Source: Methanoregulaceae archaeon
GTDB lineage: Archaea; Halobacteriota; Methanomicrobia; Methanomicrobiales; Methanospirillaceae
Direction of reading: 5' to 3'
Assembly: GCA_013331415.1 (NCBI GenBank)
Contig: DUGL01000188.1
Span: forward strand, 6,579-70,578
DNA: 64,000 bases
Notes under the pieces: model-generated
What the model saw: only the letters and a program-made list of their open reading frames with translations
Databases searched by the model: none
Told to the model about the DNA's origin: nothing
Part shown: piece by piece, positions 46,481 to 55,805 of the stretch
Layout of the letters: every line of letters starts with the position of its first letter
How positions within the stretch are numbered: the stretch's first letter is position 1
Made by a program: the position numbers and the translations under genes

Positions 46481-47085
46481 AGGACGACCACCTCTTTGTC
46501 ATAGACGTACTTCCCGCTTGGCGAGTGGAGGATCTTCACATCGACCACGCTACCGGGTCCGAAATCGGTCTCTATTGATGGATCAATACCAAGAAGGTCA
46601 TACAATCCCTGACTGGAAGAAGCAGGGTTCGTGGAGAGTACATCCCCGGTTTTCCAGGTATAGTTCCCGAAGTCGGGCAAAGGATTCGAACTCCCTGCAT
46701 ATCCAAGTCTGGCGTCATTGAGGATTGGAACCCTATAGGTTGTAGCATAAGTACCACCAGTGTTAGTAGCAGGACTCGATGCGGTCTGATCGTGTTTATA
46801 TACATAACCTGTTTTGTTCGTGTAATATGTGATAATTGCTATATCACTCGTTGGGATTGAATCTCCGCTCAATAAAGTAAATGTCGCTCCAGGAGTTGCT
46901 GGTCCCATTCCAGTGCTCATCGCGGTATCAATCTTGACCGCAATCGACGCCTGCGGCGCCGCTTTCGTGCTCCCCGCGAGCCCGCCGGCAAACCCGCTCA
47001 CCACTGCGGCGATGATGATCGTCACCACGAGCATGAGCATGACGCCGACAACCGGTGATACGGCGTCCTCTTTTCGTTCATTCAT
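46477..47085 (-). CDS. Archaeal type IV pilin-like protein (DUF1628-type)
   Basis: Start at MNERKEDAVSPVVGVMLMLVVTIIIAAVVSGFAGGLAG. First gene of the minus-strand operon. Confidence 0.8.
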   Translation of the reverse strand: MNERKEDAVSPVVGVMLMLVVTIIIAAVVSGFAGGLAGSTKAAPQASIAVKIDTAMSTGMGPATPGATFTLLSGDSIPTSDIAIITYYTNKTGYVYKHDQTASSPATNTGGTYATTYRVPILNDARLGYAGSSNPLPDFGNYTWKTGDVLSTNPASSSQGLYDLLGIDPSIETDFGPGSVVDVKILHSPSGKYVYDKEVVVL

Positions 47086-47268
47086 CCATATTCCTCCATA
47101 GTTCTGGAGTTGTGCAGGGAGGGCCCGTCCACTGCACAACGCAACTTAATTTTAGTTAGTACTATTTAAGTTGATCAATTTGAATTGCTCTAACACAAAT
47201 TAATTATAAGTAATGCGGGAACCCATACTCATTTGGAAACAAAAATTCCTCTACCCTGGTGACCTGAC

Positions 47269-47886
47269 ATGAATTACCGCTGTTCTGACACAACCCTCGT
47301 CATCGAGGGGAACTTCCTGGCCGCCTCGACCGGGATCGAAGGCGATATCGGGCAGGCCACAGCCCTCTTCAACCATACCGTGCCGCGAAGGTGGCACGAT
47401 GACCACCCGGAGCGGCTGCTCGCAGAGATTGCGGCAAAGGAAGGGATAGGAAGTTTGTATTTCGGTATGCTCACCGCCGTTCCCATGGGTGCCCTGGTAA
47501 TCTGCCGGTCCGGGTTCCTGACCGTGTTTATCACTGCCGGGATCTCGAATCACACGATCAATATCATCGGGGTGAGCGGCGAGGGCATCACGAGGAGCGG
47601 GTTGCTGGAAGGCCTGATCACCGCTGCCAGCGCAAAGACCCTGGCCCTCCTGGAGAGCGGGAGAGCGATTCCCGGCACACCCACGGACGCGATTATCATG
47701 GCTTGTGAAGGGCCCGGGGTTCACCGGTATACCGGCACCGTGACTCCTGTGGGAAGCCGGCTTGCTGCCTGTGTCAGGAAAGGGGTGCCCCTGGCACTCT
47801 CGCGCTACGAGGAGGGTGCGACCGTACCGCTGACCATCGATCTCCCTGCTCACGGCATGACAGAAAAGAGGGTATCCATTTCATGA
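47269..47886 (+). CDS. cbiZ: Adenosylcobinamide amidohydrolase CbiZ-like
   Basis: 205 aa. TINIIGV and GTPTDAIIMAC motifs and overall CbiZ-like layout. Divergent from a BtuFCD-like operon, the usual archaeal corrinoid-salvage context. Confidence 0.6.
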   Translation: MNYRCSDTTLVIEGNFLAASTGIEGDIGQATALFNHTVPRRWHDDHPERLLAEIAAKEGIGSLYFGMLTAVPMGALVICRSGFLTVFITAGISNHTINIIGVSGEGITRSGLLEGLITAASAKTLALLESGRAIPGTPTDAIIMACEGPGVHRYTGTVTPVGSRLAACVRKGVPLALSRYEEGATVPLTIDLPAHGMTEKRVSIS

Positions 47887-47922
47887 TAATAACGACAACA
47901 TCTGTAAGATATTTATGATGCT

Positions 47923-48657
47923 ATGTCAAATATCTCCATAATGGGATCACATTCCGGCCGGCGATACATCGCGCTCATCGTGGTTCTCCTGGTAGTGGCC
48001 TGTCTCATGCCCGGATGCATCGAGATTGGGGAAGAGGCAGAGAGGGTGCCGGTTGGGGGAACCCCTGCACCTGCCCAACCTTCTGATGAGCTTTACTTTC
48101 CACCGACAGTTCAATCCCCCGTTCCAACCCCGGTCCCTCCCGGTAGTGGCACACCAGCCGGCTCTGCGGTCCCTGCAGACCCCCTCAATACCGTGTCAGT
48201 GTTCTCTCCCCAGAGCGCCTATGTGCCGGAGACGTCCCCCCTGCCCCGCCCGAACGAGATGCCCACGGCAACGTTCTTCCCGGCATCGTACAGCGCGATG
48301 TACATAAACGAAGGGTTGGCCGTCTCGGTTGAGAGAGCCCCGTTCGTCATCGAGTTCTGGACCCGCCCGTACGTGGACAACCCGCATTTCTCATACGTCA
48401 CCATAACCGTCCGGAACCCTCATACCGGGGAGATTCTTGCCGAGGACGGATACGGTGGGATATACAGTTCCGAACCGTACAAGCGCATTATCATCCTTGG
48501 GAGCGGTCAGTTCCATGTCACCATCTCGGGGATGAGGACGGGTCTGGAGGTCAGGCTGAGAGGCGGTACCGATCTTTGGGCATCTGAACCATACGGAACG
48601 GCAGTTATACCCGTGGTGGTGTACCAGGAAGTGTATCCTGAAGAAGAATACTGGTAG
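47923..48657 (+). CDS. Hypothetical secreted/lipoprotein-like protein
   Basis: N-terminal TM/signal YIALIVVLLVVACLMPGC, a Pro-rich linker, then a beta-rich domain. Confidence 0.5.
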   Translation: MSNISIMGSHSGRRYIALIVVLLVVACLMPGCIEIGEEAERVPVGGTPAPAQPSDELYFPPTVQSPVPTPVPPGSGTPAGSAVPADPLNTVSVFSPQSAYVPETSPLPRPNEMPTATFFPASYSAMYINEGLAVSVERAPFVIEFWTRPYVDNPHFSYVTITVRNPHTGEILAEDGYGGIYSSEPYKRIIILGSGQFHVTISGMRTGLEVRLRGGTDLWASEPYGTAVIPVVVYQEVYPEEEYW

Positions 48658-48705
48658 CCATCATCAGTGAACTATTTCCCCCGCATGCCCGTTACAGAGT
48701 ACCGG

Positions 48706-49113
48706 TCATGCGCCGGCCATCATCATCACGTGCAGCACGCTCATGTTGTGGAGGGCAACGACCACGTAGAACGCGACAATGACAGCCATGGCAGTGACCC
48801 CGCTCCGGGCGATCCTCTGCTCAGCCCATGTGCAGACGCCCACGATATAGATCAGCACCACGCCTTTGAGAGCAAGGTGGGCCACCGGGTACGCCACAAC
48901 GCCGGCCATGAGCCGGTTCAGCTCCATCCCGCCAAGACTGAGGATCAGGTCCGTGGTTATGATATCGATACTGAAGAGGAGGATGAGCGAGAAGATCCCC
49001 GGGATGAGCAGGAGCCCCGTCCCTGTGCTGAAAGAACCCGTACCGCGGGCAGCGAGGTCTGGGAACTCCCCCCGCGTCTTTGATCTGTGATCCTCTCTCA
49101 TATGCTCTTCCAT
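48706..49113 (-). CDS. Small polytopic membrane protein, DUF5658-like (paralog of 31663..32034)
   Basis: See the shared motif under 31663..32034. Four hydrophobic helices. Confidence 0.6.
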   Translation of the reverse strand: MEEHMREDHRSKTRGEFPDLAARGTGSFSTGTGLLLIPGIFSLILLFSIDIITTDLILSLGGMELNRLMAGVVAYPVAHLALKGVVLIYIVGVCTWAEQRIARSGVTAMAVIVAFYVVVALHNMSVLHVMMMAGA

Positions 49114-49143
49114 TCCTACGCGACTCTTAATTCCATAAATAGT

Positions 49144-49482
49144 TTATCCTGATAAACCCGTTTTTTCCGGCAGGGGCTGATTATTTCTCCGTAGTCTCAT
49201 AAAAATGGCTCTGTAGAAAACCTTCAGGATGAAAAATTGTAAGTGTCTGTGGATGTTACAGACAATTATTTTTCCAGCGATTTCTTTCATCTGGATGAGG
49301 ATGATCCTGGCTTTGACGTCGCCGCTAAACTTTCTTTTCAGGACTGAAAATTTGATTTCGACGATTTGCCGTCTTGGGTATACGGCGGTATCGAACATAC
49401 GAGCCATTTCCTGACGGTATTTCGCTGATGATATCGTTATTCCAGGAACGGATCGGAATAACTGAATTAGCAAGGAGGTCAT
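49144..49482 (-). mobile_element. C-terminal fragment of a DDE transposase (IS4/IS5-superfamily-like)
   Basis: RRQIVEIKFSVLKRKFSGDVKARI...QMKEIAGKIIVCNIHR matches the conserved C-terminal block of DDE_Tnp_1-type transposases. No N-terminal catalytic part is present. Confidence 0.55.
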
Positions 49483-49597
49483 CTCGGATCAATTGTATTC
49501 GCTCACTTAATTTTGATCCACTGCACCCACCAAAAAGTGATCCAGTCCCGGAACAAGATCACCCATTCCTCGCATATAAAGAGAGCGGTGATCACCG

Positions 49598-50300
49598 CTA
49601 CCGGTAACTCGTTCCCGTCATATTCAGAATAATAGCCCGATGGGTGATTCGGTCAAGCAGGGGGGCGGTGAGTGCTTTGTCATGGAATATTCCTGACCCA
49701 TTCAGAGAACATGAGATTGGACGTTACCATCGTGCTGGAAGTCTCATACCGGGATGCGAGCAACTGGAACAGCAGTTCATCTCCTGACAGGTCAAAGGTG
49801 ATGTACCCCAATTCATCGAGGATCGACAGGTCCACCCGCTTCAGCTGCCGGAGAAGATAGGTCAACCGTCGTTCCTGTTTTGCCTCGATCAATTCGTTCA
49901 CCAGCCCTGCCGCCGTCTTGAACACCACCCGGAAATTCTGTTCGCGGCACGGATTCCAGTGGCAATGGCCAGATGAGTCTTCCCCGTCCCCGAGTTCCCG
50001 ATCATCAGGATATTCCGGTGCTCCTCAAGGAACGTCAGGTCCTTGAGGGTAAGTATGTGGGCTCTCCCGTCGTCAGGCAGTGCATCGACAGTCAGATCAT
50101 CAAACCGTTTCATGGTAGGGAATCCTGCAATACGAATAGCGTTCAACCGATGCCTGGCCATTCTGAGTTCGGATTCCGTTTCCAGGGCATGGATAGGAAC
50201 GATTCAATCTGCTGGGTACAGGGTGCCGGGTCCCGGATCTTTTCATGTGTCAAAAAATTTGCATTGGATGATAGACCTGGATAGCGGCGATGTATTACAG
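49598..50300 (-). pseudogene. istB: IS21-family istB helper ATPase gene, broken into at least three frames
   Basis: ALETESELRMARHRLNAIRIAGFP, then Walker A MIGNSGTGKTHLA (ORF 49898..50161), then VVFKTAAGLVNEL...DELGYITF...LLFQLLASRYE (ORF 49680..49928), then a third frame FHDKALTAPLLDRITHRAIILNMTGTSYR*. The upstream boundary is approximate. Confidence 0.75.
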
Positions 50301-50591
50301 GAAGGTTGAGAACCGAGCGGTACCATGAGGGCGGGATTATGCTAAGAAAACCGAGAGAGGGGTGTGGGGGCAAAGTATCGCTCACCGTGATCATCAACGG
50401 GCAGGAATGAGAGGGCTCGGGGACACCAGACACCTATAAGCAGGTAATCTGAAATCATTTTCGTTACTGAACCTGCAGAATGCCCCTCGACTCTTTCCTT
50501 ATTTCCGGGAACTGCCACGAGCGGTGGTTGCGATTAATTTTTTTAAGCGATTTTTTTACCTCTATTCGGACGTAGGGCGTATCAGCACTGC

Positions 50592-51077
50592 TCACAGTCG
50601 TTTTCCGATGGATTCCATGGCTTCGACTACTGTGTTGGGGCGCGGTTTGATGATTGCCACAGGAATGTCAACTATTTTTTCAACGATAGAAGCGAGGACT
50701 GGTGCACAGACAATACCCGCAGCTCCCTCGCGTTGTGCAGTGACTGCTGCGATGATACATTCGTCAATAGAATTTGCCGCATATCCGCGGACTGAGCATA
50801 TCACGCCTTTGACAATTACCGTCTGTCCTTCGATTTCATCGAGCAGGAACTTGGCCGCTATCACTGCAATAAACTGGGAATACTTGGGTTCAAGGTGCCC
50901 GATGATTTTTCTGACCGTGGAAAACCGGGGATCACTTTCACCGGAGAGAATTTTATACAGCGTGGGAGCAGGGATCCCGGTCTTCTCCGCTAATTCCCGA
51001 ACGGTCATATTTCTCCGGGCAAGCTCGCTGTTGACCGCTTCGCAAAAACCCTGCGCGAATATTGTTTTTGAGAGCAT
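50592..51077 (-). CDS. XRE-type HTH transcriptional regulator with a C-terminal domain
   Basis: RNMTVRELAEKTGIPAPTLYKILSGESDPRFSTVRKI helix-turn-helix. Divergent from the 51180 operon. Confidence 0.7.
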   Translation of the reverse strand: MLSKTIFAQGFCEAVNSELARRNMTVRELAEKTGIPAPTLYKILSGESDPRFSTVRKIIGHLEPKYSQFIAVIAAKFLLDEIEGQTVIVKGVICSVRGYAANSIDECIIAAVTAQREGAAGIVCAPVLASIVEKIVDIPVAIIKPRPNTVVEAMESIGKRL

Positions 51078-51179
51078 AATAATAATTAAAGGATAATTGT
51101 TGTAATAAATTTAACCATATGGTATAAAAAATTTGTTGAAATCAGAAAATACTATAATGCCGGTCGTGTACTTCTGAGT

Positions 51180-51962
51180 ATGGAAACAGAACCGATCCAG
51201 TGCATCACGATCCTTGCCGGTCGTGACCGGAACGGGGTTGCTGAACCATTTGGACGGATCGACATAAACCCCGGTGATACTATCTCCATTGTCGGACCCA
51301 CGGGATCGGGAAAAACAGCATTCATCAATGATATCGAAGTCTTTGCCTGTGGTGATACCATCACCGGGCGAACGATTCTTGTCAATAACAGGATGCCGCC
51401 GGAATCGTTTGTCCGTGATCCGTCTAAAAAGCCCATAGCCATGATCACCCAGAATACCAAATGTTTAAGCGATCTTACCGTCCGGGAATTCCTCGCTATG
51501 CATGTGCGGGCGAGGGGGATCACAAAAGCGGATATCTGTACAAAGACCCTTGCACTTGCAAACGAGTTTACCGGAGAGAAAATGCACCTTGATATGCGCA
51601 TGACCGGCCTTTCCGGGGGGCAGACCCGCTCCCTGATGGTTGCAGATGCAGTTCTGATCAGCAATGCACCAGTAATCCTGCTGGACGAGGTGGAGAATGC
51701 GGGCATCTTTAAGGACCGCGTGATCTCCTGCCTGAAGTCCCACGGGAAAGCAGTAATCTTTGTCACCCATGACCCGCTGGTCTCTCTCCTGTCAGATCGC
51801 CGCATTGTCATGAGGAATGGTTCTGTTGAGCGTGTGCTCACTCCTGATGGCAATGAACGCGAAGCCCTCACTGTAATTTCCCGGATGGATGCACTTATGG
51901 GCAGGCTCAGGGAGAAGATCCGGGCCGGCGAACTTCTCACCGGGCCGGTCGGTTCTGCATGA
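51180..51962 (+). CDS. Stand-alone ABC-type ATPase (no permease partner in the operon)
   Basis: Walker A GPTGSGKTA, signature LSGGQTR, atypical Walker B ILLDEVENAG, H-loop VTHD. Confidence 0.75.
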   Translation: METEPIQCITILAGRDRNGVAEPFGRIDINPGDTISIVGPTGSGKTAFINDIEVFACGDTITGRTILVNNRMPPESFVRDPSKKPIAMITQNTKCLSDLTVREFLAMHVRARGITKADICTKTLALANEFTGEKMHLDMRMTGLSGGQTRSLMVADAVLISNAPVILLDEVENAGIFKDRVISCLKSHGKAVIFVTHDPLVSLLSDRRIVMRNGSVERVLTPDGNEREALTVISRMDALMGRLREKIRAGELLTGPVGSA

Positions 51963-52666
51963 AACTGCTGATTGTTGCCGGGCCACCCAGTGCGGGAAAA
52001 ACCGCGGTAGTCCGGCAGATCCTGCGCTCTGTGGCTGGTTTGTGGAAAATCGCCTACCTGAAAATAGATGTCGTCAGGGCGTTTGAAGATGAAGAGCTGA
52101 GGGCAGAGTTTTCCATACCAACAAAAAAGATCTATTCCGGCGACCTCTGTCCGGATCATATGGGGATCATGATCCTGGCAGACACACTTGTATGGGCGGA
52201 GCAGGAAAAGGCTGATATATTGATAATTGAAAGTGCGGGACTGTGCCTCCGCTGTACCCCCTACACCACCCAGTCACTGGGCATTGTCGTTTTATCCTCT
52301 GTCAGTGGGACCAATGCACCGCTCAAGATGGCCCCGATGATTGCGCTCGCTGATATTGCTGTAGTGACAAAAACCGATCTTGTTTCACAGGCTGAAAAGG
52401 AAGTCTTTAGGGAAAAGATCCGCACCGTTTCACCCACCATAGATATTGTTGAGACCAATGCGATCCAGGGTACAGGCATGCGGTACCTGATGCAGGCCGT
52501 GGTATCCACACCGGAAATCACCGATGCAAAGATGATCAGGCTCCGGGGAATCCCCCCGCTGGGAGTCTGCACGGTCTGTGCCGGAAAACAGGAGATCGGG
52601 TGGCAGAACCATTGCGGAGTTGTCAGGAAACTTGACAGCACAGAAGCCATCTTCCGGGGGGATTGA
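51959..52666 (+). CDS. P-loop NTPase of the G3E/SIMIBI type (HypB/UreG/CooC-like metallochaperone candidate)
   Basis: GPPSAGKTA, IIESAGLCLRC and VTKTDL (NKxD-like) motifs, plus Cys motifs GDLCPDH and C-terminal CTVCAG. ATGA overlap with the upstream gene. Confidence 0.6.
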   Translation: MKLLIVAGPPSAGKTAVVRQILRSVAGLWKIAYLKIDVVRAFEDEELRAEFSIPTKKIYSGDLCPDHMGIMILADTLVWAEQEKADILIIESAGLCLRCTPYTTQSLGIVVLSSVSGTNAPLKMAPMIALADIAVVTKTDLVSQAEKEVFREKIRTVSPTIDIVETNAIQGTGMRYLMQAVVSTPEITDAKMIRLRGIPPLGVCTVCAGKQEIGWQNHCGVVRKLDSTEAIFRGD

Positions 52667-53286
52667 TCACGGTTTTTACTCCCCCTAATCGTAACTGCGG
52701 AGCGTGTGGGGTTTCTTGCTGCGATGAATTTCTGGAACTGGTGAAAGAGGGAAAAAAGCAGGAGACGGACTGCCCATTTTATTGTGGGTATGAAACGCCC
52801 TGTGTGCCAGATACGGTCATGTACACGCTTACCGATATCAGGGGGAAGGCGTACGATTTTGTCGTCGCCCCTTTTCACGGCGAAATATCCGCCCGAAAAA
52901 TGATCCTGCCGTTCCGGCCGGATCTTGTCGAACGGTGGAACATCGTACAAGGTGATCTGGTCTCGGGCCGGCCAATGGGCCAGGGATGTCCGGTTCCACA
53001 TTTCCTCGAAGTGGTCAAGGCAAATCCGGTGACGGGTCTCTTGACCTGTCATGTAGTCGGTCCGCTGGCAGCCCGGGGCAGATCGTGCCACCAGATTGAG
53101 GCCTATCATGTGATTGGATTTGAAGGCAAGGCCGTACATATCATCAACGAACCTGCCATGGGACACCGCATGAGTTTTCTCCCCTCCTTCTGCATGCTCC
53201 AGATTGCACATACCGGGGTCGTGAACCAGGTGATCCAGTCCGGTGACGAGATGAACGTCCGCGTAGAGGATATCAGGATATTATGA
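52663..53286 (+). CDS. Cys-rich putative Fe-S binding protein
   Basis: The N-terminus NCGACGVSCCDEF...CPFYC resembles the putative Fe-S cluster domain at the N-terminus of RnfB or corrinoid/Fe-S proteins. Only a TTG start is available, and it overlaps the upstream TGA. Confidence 0.5.
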   Translation: MITVFTPPNRNCGACGVSCCDEFLELVKEGKKQETDCPFYCGYETPCVPDTVMYTLTDIRGKAYDFVVAPFHGEISARKMILPFRPDLVERWNIVQGDLVSGRPMGQGCPVPHFLEVVKANPVTGLLTCHVVGPLAARGRSCHQIEAYHVIGFEGKAVHIINEPAMGHRMSFLPSFCMLQIAHTGVVNQVIQSGDEMNVRVEDIRIL

Positions 53287-54527
53287 AGACCCAGGGAGAG
53301 ATCAATGCAAAGATCCGTAGCGGCACTGCGGTAGTCATGACCGCTGCAGAGTTCAAGCAGCACATCCGTAATGGGGATAAGATTACTCCTGATGAAGTGG
53401 ATGTGGTGACGACCGGGACCTTTGGCGTGATGTCTGGCACTTATGCTGTGCTCAGCATCCCTGTTGCGGAAAAAAAGACGTTTAAAACGGCCGACCGGGT
53501 ATGGCTCAACGGCGTTCCTGCTGTGCCGGGCCCGTGCCCGAACGAAAACCTTGGGCTTGTGGATCTGATCGTTTACGGGACCGCCCATGCGAACGCCAGC
53601 TATGGGGGAGGACACCTCTTCCGTGACCTTGTAGAGGGAAATCCTGTCGATGTGGTGGTAAAAGCAAAACGGAAAACGTTCAACCGCACAGTCACTCTCG
53701 GAGATATTGAATTTGCACGCCTTGCAACAACCCGGAGTGCATTCAAAAACTATACTGCGCTGGTAAACTCCCGGCACCGCCTGGTGAACTCAACAATATT
53801 TTCCGTCACGGCTATGCAGGGCCCTCTCATTGCAGCAAGTATCAGTGGGTGCGGGGAGATCAATCCACTGGAAAATGACCCCTGCATGCGGACTATCGGA
53901 CCGGGAACGCACATACTGGTAAACGGCGCTGATGGATATGTGATGGGAACAGGCACCCGCAGCTCTGCTGAACGTCCCAACCTCTCGTTTTTTGCTGACT
54001 TAAAGGGGATGGAGCCCGGTATGTTGGGGGGTTTTGTGACGTCAGCCGGTCCCGAATGTCTCGTATCCTGCGCAGTGCCGATTCCGGTTCTTGACAAAGA
54101 GTCCCTTCGGGCACTTTCGGTACTCAATGAACAGATCCCGCTTCCGGTTGCTGATGTTGCGGACCGGACTCCGCTTGCCTCAACAACCTATGGCGAGGTC
54201 TGGAATGGGACCGATCCGGTAATCAGGTTTGAGCCTTTGCTCTGTAAATCCTGTGAACCATGTACTGCGGCGGCCAGGTGTCCTGCGGGCGCAATTTCTC
54301 CCGGTGGCCGGATTGATTACCATCATTGCGTACATTGTGGAACCTGCACATTCACCTGTCCAGCCCATGCGTATCATGGCCGGCTTGGGTCGCTCACGGT
54401 AAATGCCTCGCAGGTCCCGGTCACCCTGCGGCAGTCCAGCCTTACCCATGCAAAACGGCTCTGTGAACGGCTAAAGCACAGGATAGTGAACGGTGAATTT
54501 TTCTTGACCGGCCCCTCAGGGGAGTGA
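53283..54527 (+). CDS. COG1900 (DUF39, aspartate-semialdehyde sulfurtransferase family) protein with a C-terminal 2x[4Fe-4S] ferredoxin domain; candidate sulfoacetaldehyde-to-CoM enzyme (MJ1681/ComF-type, methanogenesis marker 16)
   Basis: N-terminus EINAKIRSGTAVVMTAAEFK...VDVVTTGTFGVMSG, typical of COG1900. C-terminal CKSCEPCTAAARCP and CVHCGTCTFTCP motifs. ATGA overlap upstream, and cysteate synthase and comDE lie immediately downstream. Confidence 0.6.
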   Translation: MKTQGEINAKIRSGTAVVMTAAEFKQHIRNGDKITPDEVDVVTTGTFGVMSGTYAVLSIPVAEKKTFKTADRVWLNGVPAVPGPCPNENLGLVDLIVYGTAHANASYGGGHLFRDLVEGNPVDVVVKAKRKTFNRTVTLGDIEFARLATTRSAFKNYTALVNSRHRLVNSTIFSVTAMQGPLIAASISGCGEINPLENDPCMRTIGPGTHILVNGADGYVMGTGTRSSAERPNLSFFADLKGMEPGMLGGFVTSAGPECLVSCAVPIPVLDKESLRALSVLNEQIPLPVADVADRTPLASTTYGEVWNGTDPVIRFEPLLCKSCEPCTAAARCPAGAISPGGRIDYHHCVHCGTCTFTCPAHAYHGRLGSLTVNASQVPVTLRQSSLTHAKRLCERLKHRIVNGEFFLTGPSGE

Positions 54528-54533
54528 TTTTTT

Positions 54534-55805
54534 ATGGGAGATTACCAGATCCAGTGCGCCGCATGCGGGCAGTTGTACCCTGACACAGGCTCCAATGAAT
54601 GCCCTGACCGGCATGCCGCTCTCCAGCGCACCGTATATACCGCACAGCGCCTGCAGTGTGCTGACCTGCCGGGAATGATGAGGTTTTACGACTGGCTGCC
54701 GATTCACTGCAAGCCGGCCGTAACAGCAGGACCGGTCACCTACCGGAGCGTGGCGTTTGCAAGGGAGATGGGGTTTTCAAACCTGTATATCACGTTCAAC
54801 GGATTCTGGCCCGAGAAAGGGGCGTCTGTAAAAACCTGCTCATTTAAAGAACTGGAGGCTGTCCCGACCATGCAGCGGGCATCGGAAAAGAAGAGTGGAA
54901 TTCTTGTCGTGGCATCAGCAGGAAATACCGGTCGGGCCTTTGCACAAATTGCTGCAGAGATGAATACGCCCGTAGTTGTGGTAATTCCCAAAAAATCATT
55001 ACCCCTCATATGGACAACGATTCAGACAGATCAGGTTCTCCTTATCACGGTCGATGGGGATTATTCGGATGCGATTAGCCGGAGTATCGCGATTGCCGCA
55101 CTTCCTCATCTCACTGCGGAAGGCGGGGCAAAAAATTGTGCCCGGAGGGATGGTATGGGGACAGTGATGCTGGATGCGGCAACAACAATCGGCAGGATTC
55201 CTGATTATTACGTGCAGGCGGTGGGGAGTGGGACCGGTGCGATTGCTGCATGGGAAGCTGCACAGCGACTGGTCCGGGACGGCCGATATGGCAGCCACCT
55301 GCCTCACATGATCCTATCGCAGAACCTCCCGTTTGTACCGATGGCAAACGCGTGGAAAGCAGGGAGAAGAGAGATTGATCCAATGATTGATATGGCTGAT
55401 GCAACGCAGGCAATTTCGCAGGTCTATGCCGATGTCCTGACGAACCGGAATCCTCCCTATGGCATTACGGGAGGATTGTTTGATTGCCTCACCGAAACCG
55501 GCGGGGAGATCTTTACGGTGAGTAATGATGAAGCACGGCAGGCACAGCGGCTCTTTGAAGAGTGTGAGGGAATCGATCTGGATCCTGCAGCAGGGGTGAC
55601 CGTTGCGTCCCTTATAACGGCCGCACGGGATGGAAATATCGATCCCTGCAGGGATGTAATGATAAATATTACCGGTGGGGGTTATAAGCGGGTGCAGGAA
55701 GCGTATGATCTGGTTCCGGTAAATGCTGCATTAGCAACCGACCGCACTACCGGTATGGACCAGATCGCCGGATTCGTCAATGACTGGGTGAAAGAACATG
55801 CATGA
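54534..55805 (+). CDS. Cysteate synthase (threonine synthase-like PLP enzyme)
   Basis: Zn-ribbon-like N-terminus YQIQCAACGQLYPD..NECPDRH, PLP-lysine context CSFKELEA, and GNTGRAF. Its adjacency to and overlap with comDE matches the Methanosarcinales/Methanomicrobiales CoM pathway arrangement. Confidence 0.65.
   Translation: MGDYQIQCAACGQLYPDTGSNECPDRHAALQRTVYTAQRLQCADLPGMMRFYDWLPIHCKPAVTAGPVTYRSVAFAREMGFSNLYITFNGFWPEKGASVKTCSFKELEAVPTMQRASEKKSGILVVASAGNTGRAFAQIAAEMNTPVVVVIPKKSLPLIWTTIQTDQVLLITVDGDYSDAISRSIAIAALPHLTAEGGAKNCARRDGMGTVMLDAATTIGRIPDYYVQAVGSGTGAIAAWEAAQRLVRDGRYGSHLPHMILSQNLPFVPMANAWKAGRREIDPMIDMADATQAISQVYADVLTNRNPPYGITGGLFDCLTETGGEIFTVSNDEARQAQRLFEECEGIDLDPAAGVTVASLITAARDGNIDPCRDVMINITGGGYKRVQEAYDLVPVNAALATDRTTGMDQIAGFVNDWVKEHA

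Noticed and set aside
47086-47268. Cobalamin riboswitch in the leader of the BtuFCD-like operon or of cbiZ.
   Set aside because: No B12-box-like consensus could be recognised on either strand. Only a simple hairpin is present.
51152-52159. 335-aa minus-strand ORF overlapping the ABC-like ATPase and NTPase genes.
   Set aside because: The plus strand has Walker A, signature and Walker B motifs plus operon coupling. The minus-strand product is Ser/Arg/Pro-rich and featureless.
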